This document shows, in pieces, positions 32,574 to 45,879 of a DNA stretch of 64,000 nucleotides; position 1 is the first letter of the stretch; every line of letters starts with the position of its first letter. Under the pieces are notes generated by a model, which was not told where the DNA came from, did no database searches, and saw only the letters and a list, made by a program, of their open reading frames with translations. A program made the translations under genes and the position numbers. The stretch spans positions 62,001 to 126,000 of the forward strand of contig JBODTK010000118.1 of assembly GCA_050613775.1 (NCBI GenBank), read 5' to 3'. The stretch comes from Neocallimastix sp. 'constans'. Its lineage: Eukaryota.

Positions 32574-32921
32574 ATGACTAAAACAATAAATTTTAAGTAT
32601 TATTTTACATTGATATTCATTACAAGTTATTTAATTTTTATCACAATCTTATCATTGAAATCTGTCCCTACAGTTGACAATCAAAGTAATTAATATATAA
32701 TATATACAAATAATATATATATATTATTTTTTTTTAAAAACATAAAAAAAGTATTAGTTAAAATAAGTTATATATATAAATATATAAAAGACAACATGAA
32801 TACACAATCAAACAATAAAATAAAATAATAATAATAAAAAAAAAAAAAAGAAAGTTGGAAAAAAATTTAGAAAAAGAAACAGTCGTATATAATTATATTC
32901 TTTTTTTTAATAAAATTTATA

Positions 32922-32952
<31 letters not shown>

Positions 32953-32954
32953 AC

Positions 32955-32988
<34 letters not shown>

Positions 32989-33406
32989 AAATTAATTATT
33001 TTTACATAAATTATTTTATATTCATAATGATGGGAAAAAAAATTAGATCAATTATTAAAAAGAGCTGAAAATGATGAGATTGAAATTTTCACACCAGAAG
33101 AAAAATCTAAATATGTTGATTCAGGTAAATTTAGGTCTAATATTGCTAATAGCCCATTTTCATTTATACATGTTATGTGGTCTTCAATTGCATCTGGTTT
33201 TAGAGCAATATATAAAATATCTAAAGAAGATTTAATTGAAGTTTCAGAAACTGATATAGAAAATGTTGATGCCTCCAGTATTTTTAGTACAATGTCTGGA
33301 ATTCCAGGACTTACTGTATGTTTTGAAACAATATAAATAAAATAATAATATATATATATATTTTTTTTTCTTTATATTTTTTTATATTCTATTCTATTCT
33401 ATTGTA

Positions 33407-33453
<47 letters not shown>

Positions 33454-34316
33454 AAAAATAAATTTTATTGTTATAAAATTGTAACAATAATTATTATATC
33501 TATAATTTTCATATAACAAAAAACATCAATAATAGTAATATAATATTAAATTTTAATTTTTTTTTTTTTTTTAAACTACACTTTTGAATCTATAGTTATT
33601 ATTAATTGTAATAATAATATTTTTAATCACAGCCCTATTAGTTAATCTAGTTTGTTGTCCACTCTACACAATAATTGTATCATGTTGTGTAAAAACAAAT
33701 TATAAATATGGTACTAATTATAGACCAGGAAAAATTCTTTGTGGTAAAATTTACTTTGGAGTATTTAGTTTTCTATTAACGTAAGTATATAATATATAAA
33801 ATATATATATATATATTTATTTATTTATTAATATTAAAAATTTAAATATTAAAAATTAGAAATTTAAAAAATTAATAAAGCAAATTAAAAAAATAAAAAT
33901 AATATAAAACTACATATTAATATAAAAATTTTTACTTTTTCTATTAATATAAAAAACTTTTTATGAATAATTTTTTTTTTAAAAAAAAAAAAAAATAAAA
34001 TAAAAATAAATATTAATTTCATATAATATTATATATATATATCAAAATAATTTAACATTAATTAATTAAAGATTTGCACCGTTATTCGGTTTAATGGGCT
34101 ACTCCACTATTAATAATAGTGTTGATATAATTGCTAAAAGTGGAAGAACATTAATTTCTGATGTAGATACATTCATTGATGATACTCAATACTGTATGAT
34201 ATAAATAATATTTTGAATTTTAATTTAATTTATTATTATTATTATTATTAATTTTTTTAGTTATAATATTTAATATTAATTATCTTATATATATATAAAT
34301 ATATATTATTAATTTT

Positions 34317-34352
<36 letters not shown>

Positions 34353-35648
34353 TAATCAATTATATAGTCTTATCAAATAAAACGGCTCCAATTATTATTG
34401 ATACAGTTCATGGTATCTCATAATTTAAATAAATATATACATAAACTTAAAAATGAATATATGTTATTTATAGAAAATATATATAAGTCATATATTAAAT
34501 TAAATTAATTTTGTTTTTTGTTTGTAATAATAGAACAAGTATTAGATCCAATTATTGAAGATATTGAAACTGATATTATAAATCCAGCATTAGATATATA
34601 TAATAATGCAGTGGATACAATAAATACAATAATACCATTTTTCGGTGAAATAAATGATACTTTAAATAATAATGGTTATCCAATTTTTGATGGTAAAATA
34701 TATTTAAAAAAAAAAAAAATTTTTTTTATAAACTAATTTATATATTGTTAATATCTTTGAATATAATACTAAAGCATTTTTATTATTATTATTACTATTT
34801 CTTTTTTCTTTTCTTTTTTTTTAAAAAAAAAAGATTTAGATAAAATAATTAGTGATATGAAAACTGATTATCCAAATTTGGAAAAAGTTAATAACAATGA
34901 TATAGGAAAAAAAGCAAACGAAGGTAAAGAAAAACTTGTTGAAGCACAAAATATGATTAATTCTGTAAGTGATATGGTTAAAGAAGCAAAAGATGAATTA
35001 GAAAAAAATAACGTTAACGATATGTATAATAAAGCTGTTGATACAATTAATGAAGCTTTTGAAATGTGTATGTATAAAAAATATAGATATGAATCTATAT
35101 AACATGTACAAAATAAAGTTCAATATAATATAATAAAGATATTAAAGATTAAAATTTTTTCGAATTATATTTATTGTATCAACTTTGATATAATATTTTC
35201 TATATATATTTTATATAGTGGATTCTATAACCTCTACATTTAGTAATATTAGTTTAGATTCTGTTAAAGAATCACTTAATAAAGCTGATGAAACAATTCA
35301 AGATATTGAAGGTTATAAAAAGGACACCGATGATTATCATGCTAATTTAGGTTACATGGCATTATTTGCTTTGGTTTCACTCTTTTCAATAGTTTTAATT
35401 ATTTTTGCGTTAACTAAAGTACATATGGGTGTAAAAATGTATGTATTAATAATAAGTATCTCTATTATTATTATTATTATTATTAACCTCTTATTCATTA
35501 AATATATTTTAATATAATTAATACTTTTTTTTTTATATAAAACTTAATCTTGGACGTTAATAGTTCATTAATTGCATGTATTCCTTGTGGTGCCATATTT
35601 TGGATTATTACTAGTAAGACTTTATATATAATGATAAATAGAATTGAT

Positions 35649-35684
<36 letters not shown>

Positions 35685-38499
35685 TAACAAAGAAAAAAAA
35701 AAAAAAAAAAAAAAATCATTGAAATATGAAATATAATTTTAACATTATGCTATATATATATATATATATATATTATTTTTATATTATTTTTTATTTTTTA
35801 TTTCTATATAGTATTATTTATATTTATTTCAGTTTTAATTAGTCAAACATGTAATAATGTATATGATTTAGATACGGTTACAATAAATAAAATTGTGAAG
35901 AATTTAAAAATTGAGGAAGGAGAGGATCTAATTCCATTTGAATTTGAATTTAAAACGTTTTCCAGCATGTTAAAATCATGTGCAAATGATGATAGTACTG
36001 ATATTTCTATTTGGAAGGTTTTAGATCAACCTGAATATAAAGATTTAATTAAGACAACCTGTAGTATCATTGAAAAATATGTAAGTTCAGATGAAATTCC
36101 TTTAAATTGTACGACAAAAGATGGAAAACAAATCGATACCAAAAATGGTTTAATTTCCAGTTTTATTGATTCAGTTAATATTACAGGAAAAGTTATTGAT
36201 GAATTTGATAACTTTGACCTTACAGAAAGGTATATATATATAAAATATTTTTAATTATAAATATAGATATATGTAACTTTTTTTTTTTAAAAAAAATATA
36301 TAATCATTAATAATTAATTAATATCGATATTAGTTTAGGAAATATAAATGAATTGGATATAGAAATTCAAGATAAATATGAAGTAGAAAATATTACAGTT
36401 GAAGGAATTGCAAAGGAGTTCTATGATAAAACTAGTGAGTATTGTCAAAAGTTTGGTCGTTTGTTTAATGAACCTGGTAATATATTAAGTTTAATATAAT
36501 ATCTAGTATTTTTTATAATTAATATAATTATTATTTGTAAATTTTTTTTATATACATATACTTACACCTATATGAAAATAATTATGATATATTTCAAAAT
36601 AGGTTGTACTGAAGAAAAATTACAAGATTATTATGATCGATTTCTTAAGATTGAGACAGATGTAAGTAATCTTAACAATACAATCCAAGTAGAAATCAAA
36701 GATTTAAATACTAATATTATACCAAAAGTTAAGGTAAATATTATTATATCTCTTTATATTATTTTAATATATAAAGCAATAATAATTTATATATATTTGA
36801 TATTTATAATAAAATATTATATATTAAAAATAATAATAATAATAATAATTAATAGGATATACAAGTTGATTTAAATAATTTTATTTCTACAATTAAAACA
36901 AAAGTGGATACAATTATTGATAAAGCCATTAATCTTGTAGAGTTATATCTTGATTAAAAAAAATTTTTTTTTATTTTGTTTTTATAAATATTTATATTTT
37001 AGTTTTTTATAATAATAATAAATTTAATTATTATTAAAAATTGTTTTATAATAATAATATTTTTAACTAATATTATATTTATATTTATATATATATATAT
37101 AAATATATATATGTATATACATATATATATTTATACAGATTAAAACTAAGCAGTATACCTTGTTTGAATCAGTTATTGATCAAACATTTGGTAATGCAAC
37201 ACAATGTCAAACATGGAGTCAAGATGTTTGGATTATATCAAACTCAGTATGCCATGGAGTTCCGTAAGTTTTATTTTAAAAATTTACTTAAAAGGAAATT
37301 TTATAATTTTTTTTTATACATAACATATATATTTATAATAATAATTTTATTAAATTTTAATATATTTTTTATATTACTTATAAATTAATTAAATGTTAAT
37401 AATGTTAATAATAACCAACTATTAATAATAATAATGATAATGATAATAACGGACTATAAAAATAATATTAATAACCAACTATAACATAAATAATAATAAT
37501 TGTATAATTCTAATTATAATAACAATTGAAAAAAAAAATTATAATAACAATTAAAAAAAAAAAAAAAAAAAAAAAAAATTATAATAACAATTAAAAAAAA
37601 AAAAAAAAAAAAAAAATTTTAATAACAATCGAAAAAAAAAAAAAAAAAAAAAAAGTGGTGGTACTGATGTTATATGGTGGTCTGCCGTAATTATTGCCTT
37701 TTTATTAACATTTAATATGTGTGGTGGTATACAATTAATGACCTATACCGTTGCATCAAGAAAGTATAATGGAGTGGACCAAGAAGCTTCCAATGAAAAA
37801 GAATATGAAAAGGCGTCTAATAAGACAACAGAAGAGAAAATACTTAAATCAAATAAAGATGAAGGAGGTTCTGATGGAGGAATAACGAAGGATGTCATTA
37901 AGACTAATGTTATGAATGATTTGAATAATATTAGTAAGTATAATGCAGATCTTGATAATGGTGAAGAAACCCAAAGAACTGAATTAAATAATGAATTAAA
38001 GGATGCCATTAAAAGACAATCTATGGCTACACCATCAGAACAATTTGATGCTTTATTAGCTGATGGTCCAAAATCAAATTATGTACCGGATACAACATTT
38101 AATAATGATGATGATGATGATAATGATAGAAATAATAATAATAGTAGTAATGAATTAAATGATGAAGATGAAAATGAAGGAAGAAATAATGATGACAATG
38201 AAGAAGAAGAAAATTCAGATGAAGGTAATGACAATGATAATGAAAATGAAAATAGAGATGAAGATGGCGAAAGTAAAGAAGAAGATAATGGACAAAGAGG
38301 AGGTAATGAAAGTGATGAAGATAACAACCAAAATAGAGTAAATCTTGGAAATGATGAGATTGGAGAGAGTGATTTAAGCTTTGCAGATTGCCATGATGAA
38401 GAAGTAAGACAATCAGGTATTGTAAATGGCAATAATGCTCAAAGTAATGACAATATGCATGATATAATTGATAATTATGATGATTCCGATTATCAATAA
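32574..38499 (+). CDS. Prominin (CD133)-like five-TM membrane protein with acidic C-terminal tail; 15 exons, ~1045 aa
   Basis: Exons 32574-32685, 33047-33315, 33596-33780, 34072-34193, 34368-34412, 34534-34692, 34834-35067, 35219-35438, 35564-35613, 35812-36229, 36334-36476, 36603-36733, 36856-36936, 37139-37263, 37656-38499 (3138 nt, in frame). Layout: signal peptide; TM1 then CCPL..SCC; TM2; long helical loop; TM3/TM4; second long loop with TFSSMLKSC and QC...VC..P...W before TM5. The gene model is solid; the family call is from topology and Cys pattern. Confidence 0.75.
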
Positions 38500-39196
38500 A
38501 TATATTAATAAATAAAAATATCTTTATGTATATGTAGTATTTTTATTACTATCAAAAAAAAAAAAAAAAAAAAAAAAAAAATGAAGATGTAAAGAAATTT
38601 ATATATATAAAGATAAATTAAGAAATATTTCTTTATGTCTTTATGTATATATATATATATTAAAATATATTTATTAAATTTTTGACATATAGATAAAAAG
38701 AAGTAGTATTAATTAAAATAATATATATGTATATATGTATATTTATAGATATATAAAAATATATACAAAAAAAAAAAATAATAATATATATTTAAATATT
38801 TGTATATCTCTTAAAATATTATATAATAATATTAATATTTTTATCCTGTATTTATGTATTTATTGTATATAAATTAATTTAAATAATATATAATAAAGTT
38901 TAATAAATTAATATATAATATATTTTTATAATTATTTCATTATGTAAAGAGTTATTTAAAATTATTTATAAAATATGTTAAATATTAATTGTTACATTAC
39001 ACTATATTATTATGTGTAAAATAGTTTTATTCGATAGTACAAAGCAGTGTATTGTTAAATGTTACCAATAATGTTAGATTACTATAGAAAATGTTCCATT
39101 GGCAATATCTCCTTTCCTCAATATAGATGGCCTGAAGCTCATTTAAATTTTTTCACTGAAATAGAAATATGGTAAGAAAGGAATCTTTCCTTACTT

Positions 39197-39800
39197 TCTG
39201 ATTTTGAAAATTATATCAATCATTATATATACTTGTTTCTTCTTGGCGGGAATTTAGTTTTAAATGAGCTACATTTCGATAGTGGAGAACAGAGACAATT
39301 AAATGAACTACTTTTCAAAGGTTCATCTGAGTCATCTGTTCCAAATATTGTGGGCTTGGCAGAATTCTTAACAAGGGCAATACCTATCATAAATAGTTCG
39401 TTTGAGCTATTATTTGATAGGTATTGTAAAATACCAAACTTAACCATGAGCGTCGATGTCGTACTGATAAGGCATAATGATAATACAGGATCTTCATCTA
39501 TTTCTACGAAGGGTGAATCTCGTCCTAGTAGTTCAATAAATGATGAATCCGGGGAGAGTTTAGTGGACACCACACTATCTATTTTAAAGATGTTACTTCT
39601 AGGCTTTATTTCTTTTTTATTTGTTAGGAAGGGAAAAATTCCCGCATAGTACAACTTGCCGAAATACATAGTATTTTTGAGCTTTTTCATTTTTTATTTT
39701 TTAACTTTTATTTTTATTTTTCAATTTCAAATGTACTTTTACCTACATGTATTTTTTACAATAAAATTAATAAAGTTATGGAAGTGTATTCTCTTCCCTG

Positions 39801-39843
<43 letters not shown>
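39197..39843 (+). mobile_element. Short 5'-truncated LINE insertion (copy C, same family as copy B) with ~40-nt poly(A) and 10-bp TSD
   Basis: Colinear with ~25117-25743 (ORF 39233-39649 resembles ORF 25085-25552). Poly(A) at 39804-39843. TTCCTTACTT at 39187-39196 and 39844-39853. Confidence 0.92.
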
Positions 39844-39845
<2 letters not shown>

Positions 39846-39967
39846 CCTTACTTCCTTCTTATTCTAATATTTTAAAATATGAAAATTCCATGAACAGGTA
39901 TATTTATATATTCCTTCTTGGTTGGAATTTCAGCTTAAGATGAGCTACAATTTGATACTGGGGAACG
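39844..39967 (+). mobile_element. Remnant of an older related LINE that served as the insertion target of copy C
   Basis: TATATTTATATATTCCTTCTTGGTTGGAATTTCAGCTTAAGATGAGCTACAATTTGATACTGGGGAAC aligns by eye with 25147-25212 and 39225-39292. Confidence 0.65.
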
Positions 39968-39984
39968 TTTGTTTGGTCACTGTC

Positions 39985-40270
39985 ACTTGATGCTCAAAAA
40001 ATCATTTGACGAAATATAATTCTAAATTTTCTTTATACTCCTGTACTTGCATATCCAAATTGTGACCTTCCCCCCTTCCTTGTAGTAACAGATAGCAGTA
40101 ACTTCGTTATTGATACTATTCTTTCACAAAAAAATCATAAAAGGATAACAAAAAATTCAACCAATTATGCTCTTTTCAAGATTGCTCTCTTCTGCTGAGA
40201 AAATACTACCCAAATCTATGATAAAGAGCTTTTTAGCAATTGTTGAAGCCTTAGAACAATGGCGACAGTG
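39985..40270 (+). mobile_element. Ty3/Gypsy RT-connection/RNase H remnant (frameshifted)
   Basis: TPVLAYPNCDLP/FLVVTDSSNFVIDTILSQK...QPIMLFSRLLSSAE..YP.YDKEL.AIVEALEQWRQ matches the Gypsy consensus APVLA.PD...PF...TDAS...IGAVLSQ / SR.L..AE.NY..YDKELLAIV.AL..WR. Confidence 0.9.
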
Positions 40271-40989
40271 GGTTTTTTTAAATAATTGTTGTTTAGTAAA
40301 ATTTATTAATAAAATTATAATATTGGTACAATTAAAATAATAATTCTAATTCTTAAAATTTACAAGAGAGTCCTCTATTTCTAATATTAATAATTTAATC
40401 TATTTATAAAAAATAGGTAATCCATTAATTATTTATTCTAATATAGAACTATATTAATTTTATATGAATTAAAATATTATAATTATTATAATTATAATAA
40501 TACATATTGAAATAAAATAAAATAAAATAATTATTATCAAAAAGATATAAATTTAATATTTAATAATTATTATTAAATATACAAATATGTTACTACACAT
40601 ATTTGTTTTATATCATTATATATTATTAGCATAGTTATTTAATCATATATATGCATAGTTATATAATCATATAATAGTTATTAATAATATTAGTTTATAT
40701 AATCATATATATTATTAGCTATACTATCGATATATATTAGCATAGTTATATAGTTAATTAAATAGTATAGCATAGTTATATTATTTTATTATTATTATTA
40801 TGCTTATATTATTGATATTATTATTAAAGTTAGTTAATATATATATCAACATCAAACATATGCTGATATTTGGATGCCTTAAATATGCTAGTTTGAGTAT
40901 AAAATGTAATTGTTTTGCATAGTTTATTTGCTTATGTTTTTGTACTTGTTTTGGTATAAAAAAGACATCCAAATATACCTATATAAAAA

Positions 40990-41845
40990 TCACAGTACAC
41001 AATCCACTTCTAAATTTTGGACTTCTATTGGTAAAACTTTTAAAAATTTCAATAAATACTTTCTTCGCCCTTTCACCATCAAGCAAACAGTTTAACGGAG
41101 AGGGTGAACTGGGTTGTTGAACAATTTCCCAGATATCAATCAAATTTTAAAGGGGTCAAATTGGCATAATTTTCTATTCCTTTTCCGGAAATTCTATTAT
41201 AACAGTTCAATTCAAGAATCGCTACAAGAATTCACCTTTCTACACAAAATTATGGTTACAATCCTCTGTTTCTTTCCAGTTAATACTAAGTTTCTATCGA
41301 TCTTCCTTGTGTAGAAGAAGAAGTCACCACAAAACTTATCAGAACTTTTCAAATAATTAAAAAGAAAACTTTAAAGCAAGCAAATAAAAAAAAATTGATA
41401 ATAAACACAGAATTAAAGCCCCTGAAATTCAAAGTCAACAATCAAAGTATGGATTAACAGTTCCCTTATAATTCGTAATAAAAAAAAAAAAAAAAAAAAA
41501 AGAAATTAAAACCAAGAAAGTTAGGATCTTATAAAATTTCATGTAAAAATTTCCCTAATAATTTACAAAGTTGATTTTCCTTAATATATATATATATATA
41601 AGAATTTACCCAATCATTCAAGTATCTGAACTCGAACCATTATTATAAGAAAGAAAGAAACACCACTTCCAATTAAATTCAATGACGAAAGAAGAATATT
41701 AGGTTTAATAAATTCTCGATAAAAGAAGACATTATGGGAAAATTCAATATTTTATTAAGTGGAAAAAGGATATCCGTTATCTAAGGCATTTTTTGACCCT
41801 GAAACAAGTCTTAATTTTTCATAATTACTTGATAAATTCAATAAA
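40990..41845 (+). mobile_element. Ty3/Gypsy (chromovirus) integrase C-terminal half, GPY/F motif and chromodomain remnant
   Basis: TSKFW; SPFHHQANSLTERVNWVVEQF; NWHNFL..EFYYNSSIQES..NYGYNP; LKPRKLGSYKI; RIYPIIQVSELEP; ILDKRRHYGKIQYFIKWK/GYP. Many frameshifts. Confidence 0.88.
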
Positions 41846-41905
41846 TCTTCTTCAACTACTAATAATTAATAATAATTACGGATAAATGCTAATAATTATT
41901 CTTCC

Positions 41906-41958
<53 letters not shown>

Positions 41959-42434
41959 ATATATAGATGTATAATTTCACAATAAAATATTTTAAAATTT
42001 TCACTTTTATTAATTAATTAATTAAAAGTAATTTAAAATATTATTATTAACTGATGAATAAATAATAAGTAATATTTATATTATGAATAAATAAATAAAG
42101 CTCGTTCATTATAAAACATATTTTAAAATTACTTAGTGTTACAAACCTATCGTGTAAATACGTTTAATTCAATTTAAGCAATTGCCCCATTACACTACCA
42201 TAGAAAATAATTATAAATAACATGTAATGACATATTCTTAAATGGAGTATGTCTTTCTTAATATAAAAGCAATAAAATAAATAAATAAACACATAATAAA
42301 TATATAAATATTATTTCTGATTTTAAGTGTTATATTTAATAAAATTATATATATATATATTTTTTATTTTAATATTTTTTATATATATTGTAATAATATA
42401 TTTAGTATTTTTAATACTTTTTTAAATTTTATCA

Positions 42435-42805
42435 TTGAGCTCGAGGAAATGAAGGCATTTTTATTAATAATATTTTTTCAATCATCTTCCTCTTGGTGGA
42501 AGAGATGCAGACATTATTGATTCAGATTGTTAAATAGGAATGGGATGTTTTTGTTTAAGAATCAAATCCTTTCTGGGGATTATTCTTAAACCGCCATTCT
42601 TATTCCTGGTGCGATCTACGTCTCCACTCTTTACAGAAAATATGCCTAAGTACAGTTACTCGACAAGAGTTGCTATTCCAACTGGTATAAGCGTAAACTA
42701 ACCAGGAGGGGTCAACATTGAAAATGCAGTTAAGACAGTCTAGCCAGCAAGGTCAATGTCTCTGAAAGAAGAAGACTATAATTTCTTTCTAGATTGCTTC
42801 AAAAT
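42435..42805 (+). mobile_element. GC-richer degenerate segment, possibly the 3' end of a distant LINE family
   Basis: GC content is raised against the background. Fragments FNHLPLGGR... and LFKNQ... loosely resemble the YLFLLGG...LLFK C-terminal region of copies B and C. No intact ORF. Confidence 0.3.
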
Positions 42806-43487
42806 AATATTTTAAATAGTAATATGAAATAAAAAGTAATATTAAAATATATATTTATATATATATATATATATAAATTCAGAAAAAAAAAGTTCATAGG
42901 TAAGAAAACTTCACCTCTAGATTATAAGATTTCTATTTAAAAGGAGAATTCTTATTCCTAATTATTGTTTGTTATCAAATTAGAAAAATAATATTTTTTT
43001 TTTTTTTTTATTAATTGTGTTTTTTTTTTTTTTATAAAAAATAATAAATATTCATGTAATAAATAAATAAATAAAGTTAAAAGTTCGCAATAATTGAGAC
43101 AATGAAAAAAAAAAAAAAAAAAATTGATATCGAAACAATAAGACGAAGATTTTGATAAATATATATATATATATTCATTCTCAAAAGAGAGAATCCATGT
43201 CGATACCCAGATAAAAATACAAAAAAAAAAAAAAAAAAAAGGTTTTTTTACCCAATGAACCAATTATTTTTCGATCTTCTGAAGAAAAAGTTTGAGAGAA
43301 AAAGAAAGAAAGAAAGAAAGAAAGAAAGAGAAAGAGAGAGAGAGAGAGTTTATTAGACATCATACTCTTTTTTTTTTTTTTTCGAGAAAAAGAAGAGAGA
43401 GAAAACTTTAAAAAAATAAATTTATATCATCAAAAGATAAAACTAATATATATATATATATATATTATATTTATTATAGAAAATATT

Positions 43488-43520
<33 letters not shown>

Positions 43521-43604
43521 ACAATTTATTTTTTTATTGCTAATAAAATATTATTATTAGACTAAGTGAAATTAAATGAAAAATAAGCTTCAAATGTATT
43601 GTAA

Positions 43605-43922
43605 TAAAAATAATGTATAAGCCACAATGTATTATATAAAAACATTTAATTTTATAATATTTTAAATGGTAGTAACTCTTTATCATAAAATAGATTAATA
43701 AAATTGACATAATTAAAAACCATAAAATTCCTGAATTTTAAAAAGATTTTTAACAAAAGAGTCGTTTACCGGAGACATTATTATTTGAATTTTAAATGAT
43801 GATAAAAGCTACTTATGGTGTTAATTTAAGGAATACTAATAAAACTGATCAAAATGAATCAAGATTGCAAAATTGAGGAAACTCGTAAAATGTAAAATAG
43901 TTGATAAAAGGGAATTATCAAA

Positions 43923-43953
<31 letters not shown>

Positions 43954-45150
43954 TAAATGTTAATTTAATAGGGAAAAATACGCTTAAGCGTATATAAGAA
44001 CAAATTATATATCTTCATACTAGAGACTCTTAATTGAAATTATAATTTTTTTGATATTTTAGCAAATAAAACTCTAGGTTATTAGTAATGTAATATATCT
44101 ATACATAAAAGAATCTACGATATTGATCAATTATTTCAACCTCATGAATATACAAAATTCAATTTAATAATACAATTAAACAATCATGTATTAAATAATA
44201 ACTGATTCTTTGTATTGATTATTAAAAAATCATATTTTTTATTGAAAATGAATAAAAAAAAAAAGTCTAAATAGAGAAAATTAGTGAAAACTAACCTAGC
44301 CTACAAGAAGAAATTAACTGAAACATTGAATCTTATTAAATTAAGAAATAATTTACACTATTTACTAATAAAATTAAATGGCTAAAATAGTATAATTAGT
44401 TTATAAATGTAATCAATTTTAATATCCTCAAGATTTATCAAGTACACCGATATATAAGTAATAATTTATTTTACTAGTAATCGCTAAAACCTACAAAACG
44501 AAAATATATAAAAGTATGCGCTCATCTTCAAAGCGGATTATAATTGAAAGTGACCCAATTTATAAGAAGTATTCACACAAATTGAGACGGTGTAATATCA
44601 TTCTTCTTGAGAAAGGTTTCCACCACATAAATGGTAAATAAACCATATATTATTAGAGATACTTTATAATCATCCAATATTAATTGTGTAATAATATTAA
44701 ATATTTAGTTTTAGGAGAAAATTATTAGATTACAAATATATTTAAGAAATTATTTTAACTATATTTAATTTGAATTAAAGAATTAATATAATGTAAAATT
44801 ATTTATTCATGTAAAATTAAAGGATAATTTAGAATAGAAATAAATAATAGTTTATTAATATCAAGTTAATATTATAAAATAGGATAATTTTATCTACACA
44901 TATTCACCAGTAAACCAATTTATTCACAATAGAATAACTAGGTTTAAAGGGTAATATTCGACTATTTGAAATTATATGAAAAATAATACAAATAATTTAT
45001 AAGCCACAATATATTAATATAAAAAATTTAATTTATAATCATTTAAATGCTTTTTAACTTTTTATATTAATAAAGTTGACATAATTATAAATCATAAATT
45101 CATTTTAATAAAGTTGACATAATTACAAATTATAAATTCCTAATTTTTAA
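43605..45150. repeat. ~1.4-kb segment bounded by degenerate ~140-bp direct repeats
   Basis: ATAAGCCACAAT(G/A)TATTA...TTAATAAA(A/G)TTGACATAATTA...ATAAAATTCCT at ~43617-43733 and again at ~44999-45142. Confidence 0.65.
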
Positions 45151-45848
45151 CAATTATTTACTTATTTATTTATTTATTTATTTATTTATTATTCACTTAG
45201 TTGTTTATTTATATATTTATTTTTCATTAATTACTTTATAAATTTATTTACTTATTTATTTATTTACATTTTCCAAATATTAAATATAAATATATAAATA
45301 GTAAAATAGGTTTTCAGACCAATCACAAATCGAGAATATTTTAAAATGTAATTATTAATAAATTGTATTAGAATTTTTTTGTAATAAAAAAAAAAAAAAA
45401 AAAAAAAACTAAAAGAAAATCAATTATAGTCAACTTTTCAATTTAAAGAAAGATATATTTTATAATACAAGTTATATATAACTTCAAAATTTTAATTATA
45501 GAAAAATAAGTGAATCTTTTATTTTTCATCTTCTTTTTTTTTTCTTTTTGATTTTATTTTCGTTTTTAATGTTTTTATGATAATAATTAATACATCTTTA
45601 AAATAAATAAATAAATAATCTGTAATTACTATTCTAATTATTTTATTTAAAAAGGAAATTAAAATAATAAAAATAAATATCAAAAATAAAAATAAAAATA
45701 AAAATTAAAAAAATAAAAAGGAATGGCTAATTCAAGCTGAAATAATATTGTATAAATTCATTATTATATAAATATATACCTTTTTTTTTCTTCCTTCAAT
45801 TTCTTTTATAATTTTATCATGATTCAATATTTTTTTTAATAATTTGAT

Positions 45849-45879
<31 letters not shown>

